Of a stretch of 64,000 nt of DNA, positions 7,232-17,581 are shown piece after piece. Source of the DNA: a virus; IMG/VR virus record IMGVR_UViG_2718218502_000001, positions 2,841-66,840 of that record; one strand, given 5' to 3'. Positions within the stretch are counted from its first letter, which is position 1. Each line of letters opens with the position of its first letter. The notes beneath the pieces were generated by a model, which had not been told where the DNA came from, did not search any database, and saw only the letters and a list, made by a program, of their open reading frames with translations. The position numbers were made by a program, and so were the translations under genes.

Positions 7232-7591
7232 CTACCTCATGTACTCAACAACATCAGGTTTAAAACCACTTCCTAAATAAACCCTTATCGGAATTATTTC
7301 TTTTTTATCCCTTGCTTCCTTACACAATTCTTCAGCTGTATCCCAATTAAAAAACTTATCTACAGCCCGTTGAAATCTCCAAATTGCCATTACATATTGT
7401 TCAAAGATGTCATAACGATCATCTTGCTTAGTTGTGCGTGGTAACTCATCCGTACTCTTTGCATTCTTTGGGACTTGGACTCGTACATCAGCGTATGTAT
7501 TGCGCCCAGTTCCTTTCTTAATATTGGCTTTCATTACATCGAATTCACAAATTGCTGGCTCTACATCGAAAATATTTAGTTGCTTAGGCAT
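7232..7591 (-). CDS. Conserved phage hypothetical protein (MPKQLNIF...)
   Basis: Probable start is ATG 7591, overlapping the upstream AbrB-like stop. Confidence 0.75.
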   Translation of the reverse strand: MPKQLNIFDVEPAICEFDVMKANIKKGTGRNTYADVRVQVPKNAKSTDELPRTTKQDDRYDIFEQYVMAIWRFQRAVDKFFNWDTAEELCKEARDKKEIIPIRVYLGSGFKPDVVEYMR

Positions 7592-7861
7592 GTGCCATCC
7601 CACTCTTCTGAATAAGATCCAGTAATTCAATTGCCCCTTCCTTGCTTAAAAACATTCGGCCACCTAGCAACTCTATGTTGGTTTCAGAAACTTCACCCGT
7701 CACAAAGCATGAGTTTTCATATTTTCTTAGAACAATGTTTTCACCCTCGACATGAAAATCTATTGTCGTTCCTTCGACAATCCCTAAAGTTCTGCGTAAC
7801 TCTACTGGAATTACTACACACCTAGCTCGTCCACTTTTCTTGCAACGCCTGTGTTTTTCAT
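7584..7861 (-). pseudogene. AbrB/MazE/SpoVT-family regulator, 1-bp frameshift
   Basis: MKNTGVARKVDELG/frameshift/VVIPVELRRTLGIVEG...; 278 bp. Confidence 0.85.
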
Positions 7862-7864
7862 ACC

Positions 7865-8290
7865 TTACTCTCCTTTAGTATTTTTATATTTATTTAGAAT
7901 CTCATCCAAACGTTTCTTATTATCTTCAAGATCATCGCTTTGAGTTTGCTGTGGCTGCTGTATTGGCTCTTGTTCTTCTTGTTTGCGTAACCAATCCGGT
8001 ACAACTTCCGTTCGTTTGGAATAACCTTTACCAGTACGTTTGTTATTTTTCTTACTCATTTCAAATCGAGTATCTAAAGCAGCGACATCATTTAATGTTT
8101 TTACTTTTTCCTTTTCCCAACTACTTAAAATACTGCGAATATATCTCCACTTTGGTACATTTTCATCAATTGCTTTATTAACAGCGTGAATAACTAATTC
8201 ATTACCGAATCTATCGCAAAACTCACCTAATTCTTGAATTGCAATTTCACTTAAAAGAACGATGCCCTCCGCTTGATCCTATTTTTCTCG
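7865..8290 (-). pseudogene. DnaD-domain phage replication protein remnant
   Basis: ELVIHAVNKAIDENVPKWRYIRSILSSWEKEKVKTLNDV DnaD motif; 5' part missing or broken. Confidence 0.75.
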
Positions 8291-8538
8291 ATTCTTCATC
8301 CAGACGCACAATACTTTGTAGTTTTTCAGCTCCTTCACCACAAGTCAGCGCATCTCCTTTACATCGATGACTTCAAAAAATGACATTTGATTCATACGAT
8401 ACGGTTCCCCCTCCGTTCAATCTATGTATTTATCAATGGAGTATTTTGTTGAGTTCCAATATGTAATATTGCATATTTCGCACTTTTAATTTTCGCACAT
8501 GCGATAATTTATTTATAAAAATATAATTATTAATAAGG

Positions 8539-8760
8539 GTGATTTATATGAGCAAGTTCCGAGAGAAGATGATTAAATATTTGCAAACATTTTGGGGATG
8601 CTTAGCATTTGGTGTATTAATGTTTGCTATCTTCTTAATTACGGATTTAACAGATGCATCTTTAAATACATTAGGCTGGAGAGACTGGCTAGGTTCTGTA
8701 GCAGGCGCAACCATTTTATCTGTTGGGATGTTTACTTTAAATAAATTGAATTTAAAATAA
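8539..8760 (+). CDS. Small 2-TM membrane protein (moron)
   Basis: Two hydrophobic segments in 73 aa; opposite to phage genes. Confidence 0.6.
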   Translation: MIYMSKFREKMIKYLQTFWGCLAFGVLMFAIFLITDLTDASLNTLGWRDWLGSVAGATILSVGMFTLNKLNLK

Positions 8761-8866
8761 ATATTCGGTCAATACTGTATGTAGGCTGTATGCCAACATT
8801 CATTTAAAGTAGTCTTCTCTGTATCTCCTTGTATTGAGCAGTTAGCTTTTGCTAGCCGCTCTTTTA
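8748..8866 (+). ncRNA. Candidate sRNA cassette, SigG-like; family with 50923
   Basis: ATATTCGGTC-AATACTGT; TATCTCCTTG; GAGCAGTTAGC/GCTAGCCGCTC terminator. Confidence 0.4.
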
Positions 8867-8945
8867 TTTTGTTCCGGTTCTTGCCCTATCTACTTTCCCC
8901 CAATAAGTACACATATCTATTCCCCATTGCTACAAAATGAAATCT

Positions 8946-9090
8946 TTATTTTGTTTTACGGATCGCTTCTTCAATTAGCCAAGATACAATATTAAAATCA
9001 TTAGCTTCACCCTTTAAAGATGTTCCCTTCCAAAAGTATTCTTTCATCACTTCAAATAATTCTTCAACAGCTTCAATTCATCTCATATTC
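8946..9090 (-). pseudogene. Small gene cassette between sites 8935 and 9107, internal TGA
   Basis: RBS GAAAGGGAAA directly after site 9107; MNMR*IEAVEELFEVMKEY...RKTK; stop overlaps site 8935. Confidence 0.5.
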
Positions 9091-9184
9091 ATTTTCCCTT
9101 TCTCCCAAATAACTATTTTGTTTTACTAATTAGCTGATTAATTTCACAAACACCTTTTAAACATTCCATGTTTCTTCACCTCTT

Positions 9185-9296
9185 GAATATTTTTCAAACA
9201 AAAATACATACTATTTTCAAGCCGCCGTTTCCACGGCTAATACCTCTTTCTTTTGTTACAGCAAAAGCAGGTAGGTTCTTCACTTATCTGCTTTCT
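9185..9296 (+). ncRNA. Candidate sRNA cassette, SigG-type
   Basis: GAATA(9185)-N17-CATACTA(9207); AGCCG/CGGCT hairpin; ATACCTCTTTC; AAAGCAGGTAG/TTATCTGCTTT terminator. Confidence 0.5.
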
Positions 9297-9645
9297 CTGT
9301 ATATTTTTTAAGAAATCGAAAATAATACCAACAAGCTGTTTGAACTAGCAGCTTCACTCTTCTCGCAATGGGGATGCAAATTATCACAATTAGCTAACTC
9401 ATTGAACTCACTGGCAGACAACCAAAATCGTTGTCTGCTTTTTGTATGAGATTTTTCGTTTTACATATACTACTTTTGAACCTGCAGACCAATACGAGCC
9501 ATTTTGGTGCTTGGGATTTCCCTTCCGGGGATAAGTATTTTTTACTTATCCCTTTTTTGTATAGACACGTATATTTAGGGTAAAACTAATTACAAGCAGA
9601 TTTTCTGTTTATGCGTAGTTCTAAACAAGATTACTTTTTCTCCTA

Positions 9646-10200
9646 TTAAAGGACGGCAGGTACGACTGCTAGTCCTTTTTTCTTATTTCGCATGCTGTCC
9701 CTTCTGGTAACTTCATTCTTCATTACCTTCATCATCATAGTAAGCAATTTACTAATAAGGATGGCAGTTGTGCCTCTTGAGTTCCCCATCGAACAAAAAG
9801 AACAAATTATTTTTCCAGTTTCCAACGATCGTACCCCAATACGAGTTAAATTCTTCATAAACTTCTCTTGTCCCCTTTCGATAATTGCGGAACGTGTAAT
9901 GAAAATACTCGCTCACTTTAATACCTTTTCTTTCAACCAAAGTGTTCTGCCGAAATAATAGACATAATAAGTTCCGTTCTCTTTTGCTACTGCATAACAT
10001 TCCCGTACCGTTTGAATATGTTACAAATTGCTTTCTCTCGATTTTTCCGCTTAAATATTTTTCATGCATAAGTTGCACTTGTTCTTGAATTGCGACATGG
10101 TAGTAATACCCTTGCTCTACTGGTTTTGGACTATAAAATTTCCTTTATAAATTTCAAATACGGTGAATGAAATTTTTGTTTTTTCTTGCCATCATCCTTG
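9646..10200 (-). pseudogene. Heavily degraded phage regulator remnant (possibly AimR-like plus peptide)
   Basis: Fragmented frames; ends with an MRNKKKGLAVVPAVL signal-peptide-like mini-ORF; family assignment weak. Confidence 0.3.
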
Positions 10201-10259
10201 TTGTATACAAACAAAAAAAGAGCCACAATATTTTGCGACTCTTTTACAATTATAACTAT

Positions 10260-11636
10260 TTAACGGCCACGTCTTTGCTGACCTTGCTTTGTACTACCTT
10301 TTTTATTACTTGGCTTATTAAATGATCGGTTATTTTCATTTCTAGAACTATTTCTCGAACTATTTCTTGAATCACTTCTCGAGCTATTTCTCGAATCACG
10401 TCTTGATTCACTTCTTGAACCTTCGCGGCTATCTCTTTGACGATTTTGACCTGATTTCTTTGGAGCCGGCTTTGGTACCGGTTTTCCATTTTCATCTACA
10501 CGTTTTATCTTCGGTTGTTCGATTATTTCTCTTTGTATTGGTGCACCAAGCGTTTTTTCAATTTCTTCTAAATGTTTTTCATCTTTCGCTGCAACGAACG
10601 TAATTGCAAGACCTGATCCACCTGCACGTCCTGTTCGGCCAATGCGGTGAATGTAACTTTCTACATCTTCAGGGATATCAAAATTAAATACGTGCGTTAC
10701 ACCATCTACATCAAGTCCACGAGCTGCTACATCCGTTGCAATTAAGTACTGAATTTTAGCTTCGCGGAAACTCTTCATAACTCTTTCACGTTTCGCTTGA
10801 GGTATATCACCATGAAGTTCAGCACAATTATAACCTAGTCCTTTTAAATTATCATAAAGCTTACTTGCTCTAACCTTTGTACGACAGAAAATAACTGCTA
10901 AAAACGGCTGATCACGATCCATAACAAAACGAAGTGCATCTGGCTTTGCACGATCTGTCGTCTCAATGACACGCTGTTCAATTGTATCTACCGTTACTTC
11001 TTCACTTTGTACTTGAATCATTTGCGGCTCATCCATATAACGCTTCGCTAATTTTTTAATATCTTTTGGCATCGTTGCTGAGAATAACATCGTTTGTTTA
11101 CTACCAGGTGTCTCATCTAAAATATCTTCAATATCATATAAGAAACCAAAATAAAGCATTTGATCCGCTTCATCTAATACAATCGTTGAAAGATTACTTA
11201 AATCAATTGTTTCACGGCGTATATGATCTAATAATCGTCCCGGTGTCGCTACAACAATATGTGTATTACCTTTTAATTTTCTCAACTGTTGTGCGACATC
11301 TTGCCCGCCATATATCGCTAGTACATTAATATCTTCTCTTTGAACAAGCATTTTTTTAATTTCAGTTGTAATTTGCAGGGCTAGTTCCCTTGTTGGCGCA
11401 ACGATTAAAGCCTGAACATCACTACACTCTGGATCGATTTTTTCTAAAATCGGTAACACGAATGCTAACGTTTTACCCGTTCCTGTTTTCGCCTGCCCAA
11501 TAATATCTTTACCTGACATAATAACTGGAATTGCCTTCTCTTGAATTGGTGTTGCTTCTGTAATTCCATTTTCACGTAATGTATGATTAAAAGTTTCACT
11601 AATTCCTAATTCTAAAAAGTTTTTCAAATAGACCAC
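10260..11636 (-). CDS. cshE: DEAD-box RNA helicase (CshE-like) with RS/N-rich C-terminal tail
   Basis: Q motif [41 protein letters not shown]; 458-aa length fits my recollection of CshE. Confidence 0.9.
   Translation of the reverse strand: MVYLKNFLELGISETFNHTLRENGITEATPIQEKAIPVIMSGKDIIGQAKTGTGKTLAFVLPILEKIDPECSDVQALIVAPTRELALQITTEIKKMLVQREDINVLAIYGGQDVAQQLRKLKGNTHIVVATPGRLLDHIRRETIDLSNLSTIVLDEADQMLYFGFLYDIEDILDETPGSKQTMLFSATMPKDIKKLAKRYMDEPQMIQVQSEEVTVDTIEQRVIETTDRAKPDALRFVMDRDQPFLAVIFCRTKVRASKLYDNLKGLGYNCAELHGDIPQAKRERVMKSFREAKIQYLIATDVAARGLDVDGVTHVFNFDIPEDVESYIHRIGRTGRAGGSGLAITFVAAKDEKHLEEIEKTLGAPIQREIIEQPKIKRVDENGKPVPKPAPKKSGQNRQRDSREGSRSESRRDSRNSSRSDSRNSSRNSSRNENNRSFNKPSNKKGSTKQGQQRRGR
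10343..10420 (-). repeat. Degenerate 12-bp coding tandem repeat ([12 protein letters not shown])
   Basis: tttctcgaacta/tttcttgaatca/cttctcgagcta units in the helicase tail. Confidence 0.7.
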
Positions 11637-11709
11637 TTCTTTTCCTTATTTTTCACATTAGCTTTCATTGTACCATTTGTTTCGCTAAATATGAAAAATA
11701 AAAAAATTC

Positions 11710-11922
11710 TTATCTTCTTTTTTTATATTCATCCTGTACTAGATGGACAAATTCTTTTTGTTTTTTCTCAGATTTTATTAATGCTTGCATATTAGTAGAA
11801 GATAGAATGAACTTTTTAATTTTTCTATTACTCCAAATTAATCTTGTATACTTTGTATCTTCGTGTAGCCTTCGAAACCACTCAAATTCACTTAATTTTG
11901 CGATATGGTGTTTCAATTTCAT
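11710..11922 (-). CDS. Hypothetical protein
   Basis: 70-aa ORF, host-like context. Confidence 0.6.
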   Translation of the reverse strand: MKLKHHIAKLSEFEWFRRLHEDTKYTRLIWSNRKIKKFILSSTNMQALIKSEKKQKEFVHLVQDEYKKRR

Positions 11923-12137
11923 GTCATTTCGAGGATAAAATAAAATAACATTTGCTATTACATCAAATCACGAACCCATCTTTTCCCCCTATACCCTTGC
12001 TCAAATTATATATATTCTTCTTTGCATATATATTTCAATTTTACCGAAATATAATGTTACTGATTTGGTTGAAATCGCAAAATATATGAACTAAAAAACC
12101 GATCTTTTCGATTTAGGAAAGACCGGTTTTCATTAGT

Positions 12138-12824
12138 TTATACAGTAAGCTTTCCTCCATGATAGCAATAATACTGCGCTGCTTTAAGACTTTTAATCTT
12201 ATTTAATGACTCTTTTGCTTTTTCTATATCCAAACAAAAATTCGGATTAGCTATAACTAACTCTCGATTCTCTTGAACCGCTGCGTCTCCTGTAATTACA
12301 CAGTCTAAATTCGGAAAATATAATGAAATATGCCCCGAAGTATGTCCTGGCGTCGCTACTATTTGACATTCATTATTCAAAATCATTTGACCATCATGTA
12401 CTTTTTCATCGACGGAAATATGTTTTATATTTTTTAACTGTTGTATAAACCATTTACCAAATTCTTTTTCTTCATTTGGCATACGTTCTAGCATTTTTTC
12501 AGCTTGAGCCAACCTCTCTGATTTTATATCACCACTAATATAGTTAGATTCAATTTCACTAGCAATAATATTAATTTGAGGATATTTCAATTTGAAATCA
12601 TATAAAGCCCCTAGATGATCATCATCATAATGGGTAATAATTATATTCTTTAAGTTTTTCATCTCATATCCATGTTTTAACATTGCATTTTCAATTAAAG
12701 GTAAAAAGCTTGGATATCCTGTATCGACTAACGTTAATTCATTATGTACTATAATTAAACTTGGATAAATACATTGTTTTTGCCCATTAAATTCGAATTC
12801 AATTGGTAGTTCTATTATTTTCAT
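12138..12824 (-). CDS. Metallo-beta-lactamase-fold hydrolase
   Basis: THYDDDHLG, TPGHTSGH, TGDA, YHGG metal-binding motifs. Confidence 0.9.
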   Translation of the reverse strand: MKIIELPIEFEFNGQKQCIYPSLIIVHNELTLVDTGYPSFLPLIENAMLKHGYEMKNLKNIIITHYDDDHLGALYDFKLKYPQINIIASEIESNYISGDIKSERLAQAEKMLERMPNEEKEFGKWFIQQLKNIKHISVDEKVHDGQMILNNECQIVATPGHTSGHISLYFPNLDCVITGDAAVQENRELVIANPNFCLDIEKAKESLNKIKSLKAAQYYCYHGGKLTV

Positions 12825-13071
12825 TTCCCTTCCCCCATACCGCTTATAAAATGCATAATAATAACTAAATCACCCACATACATCTTACAATATATATACT
12901 ATGTAACGGAACACTGTGAATCGTTGCATAATCCAAATTATATTATTTTGAACAGGTATTCCCCTATTTTTATGGAAATATATAATTAAGAAAAACAATA
13001 AAATTGATTAATCTCTCACTTCTTTGTCCATCCTTTTAAAAAATCTATGTTTTTGTAAAAGGAGTGTTTAT

Positions 13072-13365
13072 ATGGAGAAACAGACACTTTGGAAAAAGTT
13101 CAAAAAAAGCTCTGTAAACCTCGGTAAATCCAGCGTATATGAAAGTATTATTTTATTCTACACAATGAAAAAGAAAGAATTACCTACTAAAGCGAAATTC
13201 ATAATATTAGCCGCTTTATCTTATTACGTATTAGCAATTGATTTCATTCCAGATATAGCTGCTATTATTGGGATTGGCTTATTAGATGATGTTTTAGCAA
13301 TCGCTGTAGCGCATAAATACGTTATGAGACACGCAGATGCCGACAGCCAATATAGACAAAAATAA
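13072..13365 (+). CDS. YkvA/DUF1232 membrane protein, probably 3'-truncated by prophage insertion
   Basis: AALSYYVLAIDFIPD..GLLDD DUF1232 motif; ends abruptly (HADADSQYRQK) 5 bp from the integrase stop. Confidence 0.8.
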   Translation: MEKQTLWKKFKKSSVNLGKSSVYESIILFYTMKKKELPTKAKFIILAALSYYVLAIDFIPDIAAIIGIGLLDDVLAIAVAHKYVMRHADADSQYRQK

Positions 13366-13370
13366 AACTA

Positions 13371-14834
13371 CTATTCTTCAAATCTATATCGGATATCTAC
13401 CGCCCCATTTTGGCTTATGTCTATTCGTGCAATTAATTTCTTAAAAACCGGATATAGATTTTCAGAATCCTCTAGCAACTTAAATGCATCTTTTACCTTC
13501 TGCTGCTCGACTATCAATGCTTTAACGTCATCCAATTTTAAAATTTCTAACTCTTTTTCTTTTATATTTTTCGCAAAGTTAGCATCTCGTTTGGTAAAAG
13601 TTTCTTTATCGATAGATCCACCATCTAAATACAAATCTAATAAACGCTCTCTTTTTATCTCTAATTCTTTCTTTTCTTTTCTTAATTTCTTCTGCTTTTC
13701 TTGATGTTTATCTTTATCATTCAATTTAAATACTTTTTCCAAATCTCTCTCTTTTTCTTTTAATTTTCGCAACACAAGAGAACGTAATCTTTCATACCTT
13801 AGTCGGGAGTGTTTGACGCAACCACGTCCACCAGTCAACTTATACGTGCCGCACGTTAAATAACCATAATTAAGCTCTTCACCTTCTTTGTTTTTGTATT
13901 TGTAAGTGTGTAGAACAAACGGTGAACCACAATGAATACAACGTGCTATTCCTCTTAATTCATTCGTTACTGCTACACGCCGCTTTATTTTTTTATTTAT
14001 TTTGGGGTTATTTATTTTATCCCATAACGGACGTTCAATTATAGCCGGATGATGATTTTCAAATACTACCCACTTTTCTCTAGGCTCTTGAATCCGCTTT
14101 TTTCTTCCGTCTACTTTTACCTCTGTAGACCTCCCCATTACATAATCACCTTTATACATAGGATTCGTAATTATTAGCTTCACAGCCGAATAAGTCCACA
14201 ATTTCCCAGACCTCTTATACTTACCAACATCATTTAGTGCATTAGAAATTCTCAAATAGCCTAATCCATTGTCATATAATTCATACATTTCCCGAACAAT
14301 TTCAGCTTCTTCCTGATTAATCACATATTTCTTATCTACAATTTTATAGCCATACGGAACTGTTCCACCAGTGTACTCTCCCCTTCTTACCTTAGCCGCT
14401 AGCGCTGCTGATATAGAAACGGATAATGTCTTAGGTAATTGGGATGCAAACATTGCATACATCTCAAACTTCAAATCATTTTTCCCTTCATAATAACTGT
14501 CATAACCTTCTTCAATCGTCACCAATCGGACACCATGCCCTAACAGTATCTCCTTGATTTCTAATGCGTCCCTCAAATCTCTTCCCAGTCGATGAATAGA
14601 TTTAAAAACAACAGTATCTAATTCTTTTTTACGAGCTTTCCCCAAGATCAACTGCATCGCACGTCTTTCTAGCCATGCTGTTCCAGAAACAGCTTCATCT
14701 TTATAAATTGAATTTTCATCCCACTCGAATCCGTTTTTTTCAATCCAGTATCTACAGATTTCAATCTGATTTTGAATCGATGAAACTTGCTCATCTTTAT
14801 CAGTGGATACACGTACATATACAGCATATTTCAA
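13371..14834 (-). CDS. Large serine recombinase (prophage integrase)
   Basis: YVRVSTD catalytic Ser, SIHRLGRD, recombinase domain, CxxC Zn-ribbon (CIHCGS...C...C), coiled coil. Confidence 0.95.
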   Translation of the reverse strand: MKYAVYVRVSTDKDEQVSSIQNQIEICRYWIEKNGFEWDENSIYKDEAVSGTAWLERRAMQLILGKARKKELDTVVFKSIHRLGRDLRDALEIKEILLGHGVRLVTIEEGYDSYYEGKNDLKFEMYAMFASQLPKTLSVSISAALAAKVRRGEYTGGTVPYGYKIVDKKYVINQEEAEIVREMYELYDNGLGYLRISNALNDVGKYKRSGKLWTYSAVKLIITNPMYKGDYVMGRSTEVKVDGRKKRIQEPREKWVVFENHHPAIIERPLWDKINNPKINKKIKRRVAVTNELRGIARCIHCGSPFVLHTYKYKNKEGEELNYGYLTCGTYKLTGGRGCVKHSRLRYERLRSLVLRKLKEKERDLEKVFKLNDKDKHQEKQKKLRKEKKELEIKRERLLDLYLDGGSIDKETFTKRDANFAKNIKEKELEILKLDDVKALIVEQQKVKDAFKLLEDSENLYPVFKKLIARIDISQNGAVDIRYRFEE

Positions 14835-15017
14835 CTAATATCACCCTCCCACATCCATCATGATTATGACACCATTATATAACTCCTGGAGTCATATGGC
14901 AATCTATTACCAAAACAAAAAGACGACTTTCTACAGTCGTCAAAATAAAAATATATAAATCTCAAAAATTTAGGAGGGGGTAAACAATACACAACAACAT
15001 CTAATAAAAACAAAAAA

Positions 15018-15127
15018 GAAAAAGAACCCCCTCTATAAAAAATATACCTTATTTATATAATATAAATATAAAACTAATAATTATATATTATATATAGAGT
15101 ATATTATTAGTAATAGTATATAAGTAT
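15018..15127 (+). repeat. AT-rich element, copy 1 (inverted copy at 45725-45836)
   Basis: GAACCCCC...AAAAAATATACCTTAT...TATATAATATAAATATAAAACTA(A/G)TAATTATATATTATATATA shared with the reverse complement of copy 2. Confidence 0.75.
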
Positions 15128-15237
15128 TATTACTGTTAGGGTTCTAAGTTTTTTTTAGCTGTAGATTCATTTAATTAGGTGTCAGTATTCAATTCTTTTG
15201 TCGATTCATTCATGATAAACCACCTCAATTTTAAGAA

Positions 15238-15858
15238 TTAAACACCTGGAACCACATAAACTTTTGCATATATATCATGTTTAGCTGCAAGTTGCTCCAG
15301 CTTTTTTTGTCTGTATTCTGTCATGGTAAAGAAATGAATAAGCGGTATTTTTCCGTTGTATTTATTTTTGTAGTATAACGAAAATTCCCTATACCTGCTC
15401 ATCTTTTCAGCGTTCACATTCATCATTTGCGTACGATCTATTTCTACAGCATGTAGTGTACCTTCTTCATCCCTGAACTTCACATCAGGAATAATTGTCT
15501 TCTTTTTATCATCTACTTTATAACGTATAGGTGTTTCTATCTGCCAGTCGTCGGGACAAAACAGATAGAGCCATGCTTCATTTCTCATTAAGCTGTGAGC
15601 TAGTCGACTATTTGGTACAATCTTCTCTGTATCATCGAACAGTTCACGGCCTTTTTTATTTAAATAATACACGTACTCTTTTTGGTACACTGTATTATTT
15701 ACATAAGGGCTCAGGTCTTTTAAAATACGATTTGCGTTACGAATCCCTCCCATATCGTGCACCGCCATTAGATGCCTACGTGTTGCGAATTTCAGCTTTC
15801 TAATCGAGGTCAGAATCGTCATCTGACGGTCTATTTTGATATGTGTCTGGATGTTCAT
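15238..15858 (-). CDS. Replication-relaxation family protein
   Basis: wHTH N-terminus, HSLMRNE, IIPD, AVEIDRT (PD-(D/E)xK-like). Confidence 0.85.
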   Translation of the reverse strand: MNIQTHIKIDRQMTILTSIRKLKFATRRHLMAVHDMGGIRNANRILKDLSPYVNNTVYQKEYVYYLNKKGRELFDDTEKIVPNSRLAHSLMRNEAWLYLFCPDDWQIETPIRYKVDDKKKTIIPDVKFRDEEGTLHAVEIDRTQMMNVNAEKMSRYREFSLYYKNKYNGKIPLIHFFTMTEYRQKKLEQLAAKHDIYAKVYVVPGV

Positions 15859-16984
15859 CTTTCTTCACCTCGTATTGTTTTAGATGTTTCCACATCAATT
15901 TATCGCTGATAAAGGGTACCTGCAGTTCAATTAGTCGATCTGTTTTATAAATAGCCCTACCAGGTAAGGACGGCAATGTTTCTAGCCCCGATTCATCAAG
16001 GACAACCTCAGATGCCTTATATGTCGGTAGCCGAAATCCTAACTTCGCATCGGACATCTGTTTTACTACTGATGGGATTGACGTAACGGTCGGATATTGT
16101 GTAGCCAGAATCAAACGAAATCCTAAGCCGCCCGATACAGTCGCTATATAACTAAGCATGTACTGACACTCTTCTCGAATTTTATTAATGGGACGTGGTA
16201 ATCCTTTGGCCGGAGCAAGTACGGCACCCTCATCAACAATAACGAAATACCGATCTTTTTCTTTTGTTTCAACAATATTTTTGTAACCATTTTCCTTCAT
16301 GAATTTTCCACGCTCTTCGATTTTTTTCATTATTTGTTTTAGTACATGATGTGCTTTTTCTACAGAATCAGCCACTTCTTCCACCTGTTTTAAGCCGCTG
16401 AACTCGCTAAATTCCAATCCCTTTTCCTTTAAATCAATTAAATATACGTAAGCATTTTCAGGATTCGCCTCAATCAAAGTAGTAAGTAGTACTTTCATAA
16501 ATACTGTTTTCCCCATTCGTGTAAGACCACCTAGTACCATATGAGGAGTTTTATCAAAGTCATGATAAATTAACTTCTCGAGGCTTTGCCCCATCGGTAC
16601 TTGCCATTCACCTTTTTTTACTAGCCCTTCATTCCAACACCACTTTTGTGGGATACGTTTACTGAATACCCGAATCATTATCTTGTAGTTATCGTATTTG
16701 ATACGTACAGGCTTATTTAATCCTTCACTTACAACATCCTCAACCTTTTGTATTAATTTAGATGGCATCCCTAACGGAAGTTTATATACATAAGTCGTAC
16801 TACGATCATCTTCTTTTCTTTCGAGAAAAACCGGATAATGTAATTTTTCATCCTTCCTAATTGCAATCCCACTTACTTCAAAGAATACTTGTATTTTCTT
16901 TCTATCATCCTCTTTACCTTTTAAACTATCATTTAGTAAAGCGTACCCGAGCGAAACTGCAGGTATTAATAACAATTCAAGCAT
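15800..16984 (-). CDS. FtsK/SpoIIIE-family ATPase
   Basis: PHMVLGGLTRMGKT Walker A, IVDEG Walker B, LILATQYP. Confidence 0.92.
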   Translation of the reverse strand: MLELLLIPAVSLGYALLNDSLKGKEDDRKKIQVFFEVSGIAIRKDEKLHYPVFLERKEDDRSTTYVYKLPLGMPSKLIQKVEDVVSEGLNKPVRIKYDNYKIMIRVFSKRIPQKWCWNEGLVKKGEWQVPMGQSLEKLIYHDFDKTPHMVLGGLTRMGKTVFMKVLLTTLIEANPENAYVYLIDLKEKGLEFSEFSGLKQVEEVADSVEKAHHVLKQIMKKIEERGKFMKENGYKNIVETKEKDRYFVIVDEGAVLAPAKGLPRPINKIREECQYMLSYIATVSGGLGFRLILATQYPTVTSIPSVVKQMSDAKLGFRLPTYKASEVVLDESGLETLPSLPGRAIYKTDRLIELQVPFISDKLMWKHLKQYEVKKDEHPDTYQNRPSDDDSDLD

Positions 16985-17099
16985 AGGGGTTCACTCCTTA
17001 TATATCCTTAAAGGATATAGTTGCTCTTTACTGGAAGATTTACATACAAGTTGTTTTTCTTATATAACAAAGTGTCCCATGATTCCAGGTTCTATGCCT

Positions 17100-17282
17100 T
17101 CAAAGAAACACCATTAGCACATAACGTAGAAGATACAAAAACGAGCCGGTAAGAGTTGTATACATCGTCATACGTGGAAGCCAATGTGGAACACTCATCC
17201 CCATTTTCTCAGCTGCCTTCATCGCCACTACAGACAATCCTGTCGCTGTCCAAATTACTACAGCTTCCCCAGCAAGTGTCAT
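17100..17282 (-). CDS. Small membrane protein of the FtsK module
   Basis: 60 aa, two hydrophobic helices. Confidence 0.75.
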   Translation of the reverse strand: MTLAGEAVVIWTATGLSVVAMKAAEKMGMSVPHWLPRMTMYTTLTGSFLYLLRYVLMVFL

Positions 17283-17581
17283 ATCGAATCCCTCTTTCTT
17301 TTTAGTTGTAATCCTTTTGACGTGAGAATCGGTTGATACTGATTAACCATTTCATCCCATTCAAGAATTTCTTCCTCTTCCCCGTATAGATCTTCCATAA
17401 TATCGTTAGATAAGCTGTAGTAACCGCGGTACTCTTTGTTGTTAGATACCTCGTGTCTTTCCATATGTTTTAGAATAGAGTTTACTTCACCTTTACCTCT
17501 GGACTCTTTATACATGTTTCTCAGTTCTTTAGAAGGATACAGATACGGCGTGTCATTCAAGTAATCATATTGCCACCTCAT
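17279..17581 (-). CDS. Hypothetical protein (paralog of 17578-17847)
   Basis: LYPSKELRNMY motif; ATGA overlaps. Confidence 0.75.
   Translation of the reverse strand: MRWQYDYLNDTPYLYPSKELRNMYKESRGKGEVNSILKHMERHEVSNNKEYRGYYSLSNDIMEDLYGEEEEILEWDEMVNQYQPILTSKGLQLKRKRDSI

Larger units (their letters stand above)
572..10200 (-). mobile_element. Defective prophage remnant (early/replication-region genes plus accessory cassette arrays); ends approximate
   Basis: Phage-type genes (tyrosine recombinase, ArpU, dUTPase, AbrB-like, DnaD-like), several with stops or frameshifts; no structural genes. Confidence 0.85.

Noticed and set aside
7232-7630. SepF cell-division annotation sometimes given to this phage family
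   Set aside because: I see no SepF motif; left as hypothetical, and the start was moved to 7591
8755-8770. AAATAAATATTCGGTC as a junction site
   Set aside because: Falls in the spacer of a SigG-like promoter shared with the 2539 and 50923 units; may be promoter homology only
10165-10180. GAATGAAATTTTTGTT near-match to the junction site
   Set aside because: Isolated, inside degraded coding sequence; could be chance
10256-10603. Alternative-frame ORFs over the helicase tail
   Set aside because: By-products of the 12-bp coding repeat; such RS-rich tails are ordinary for DEAD-box proteins
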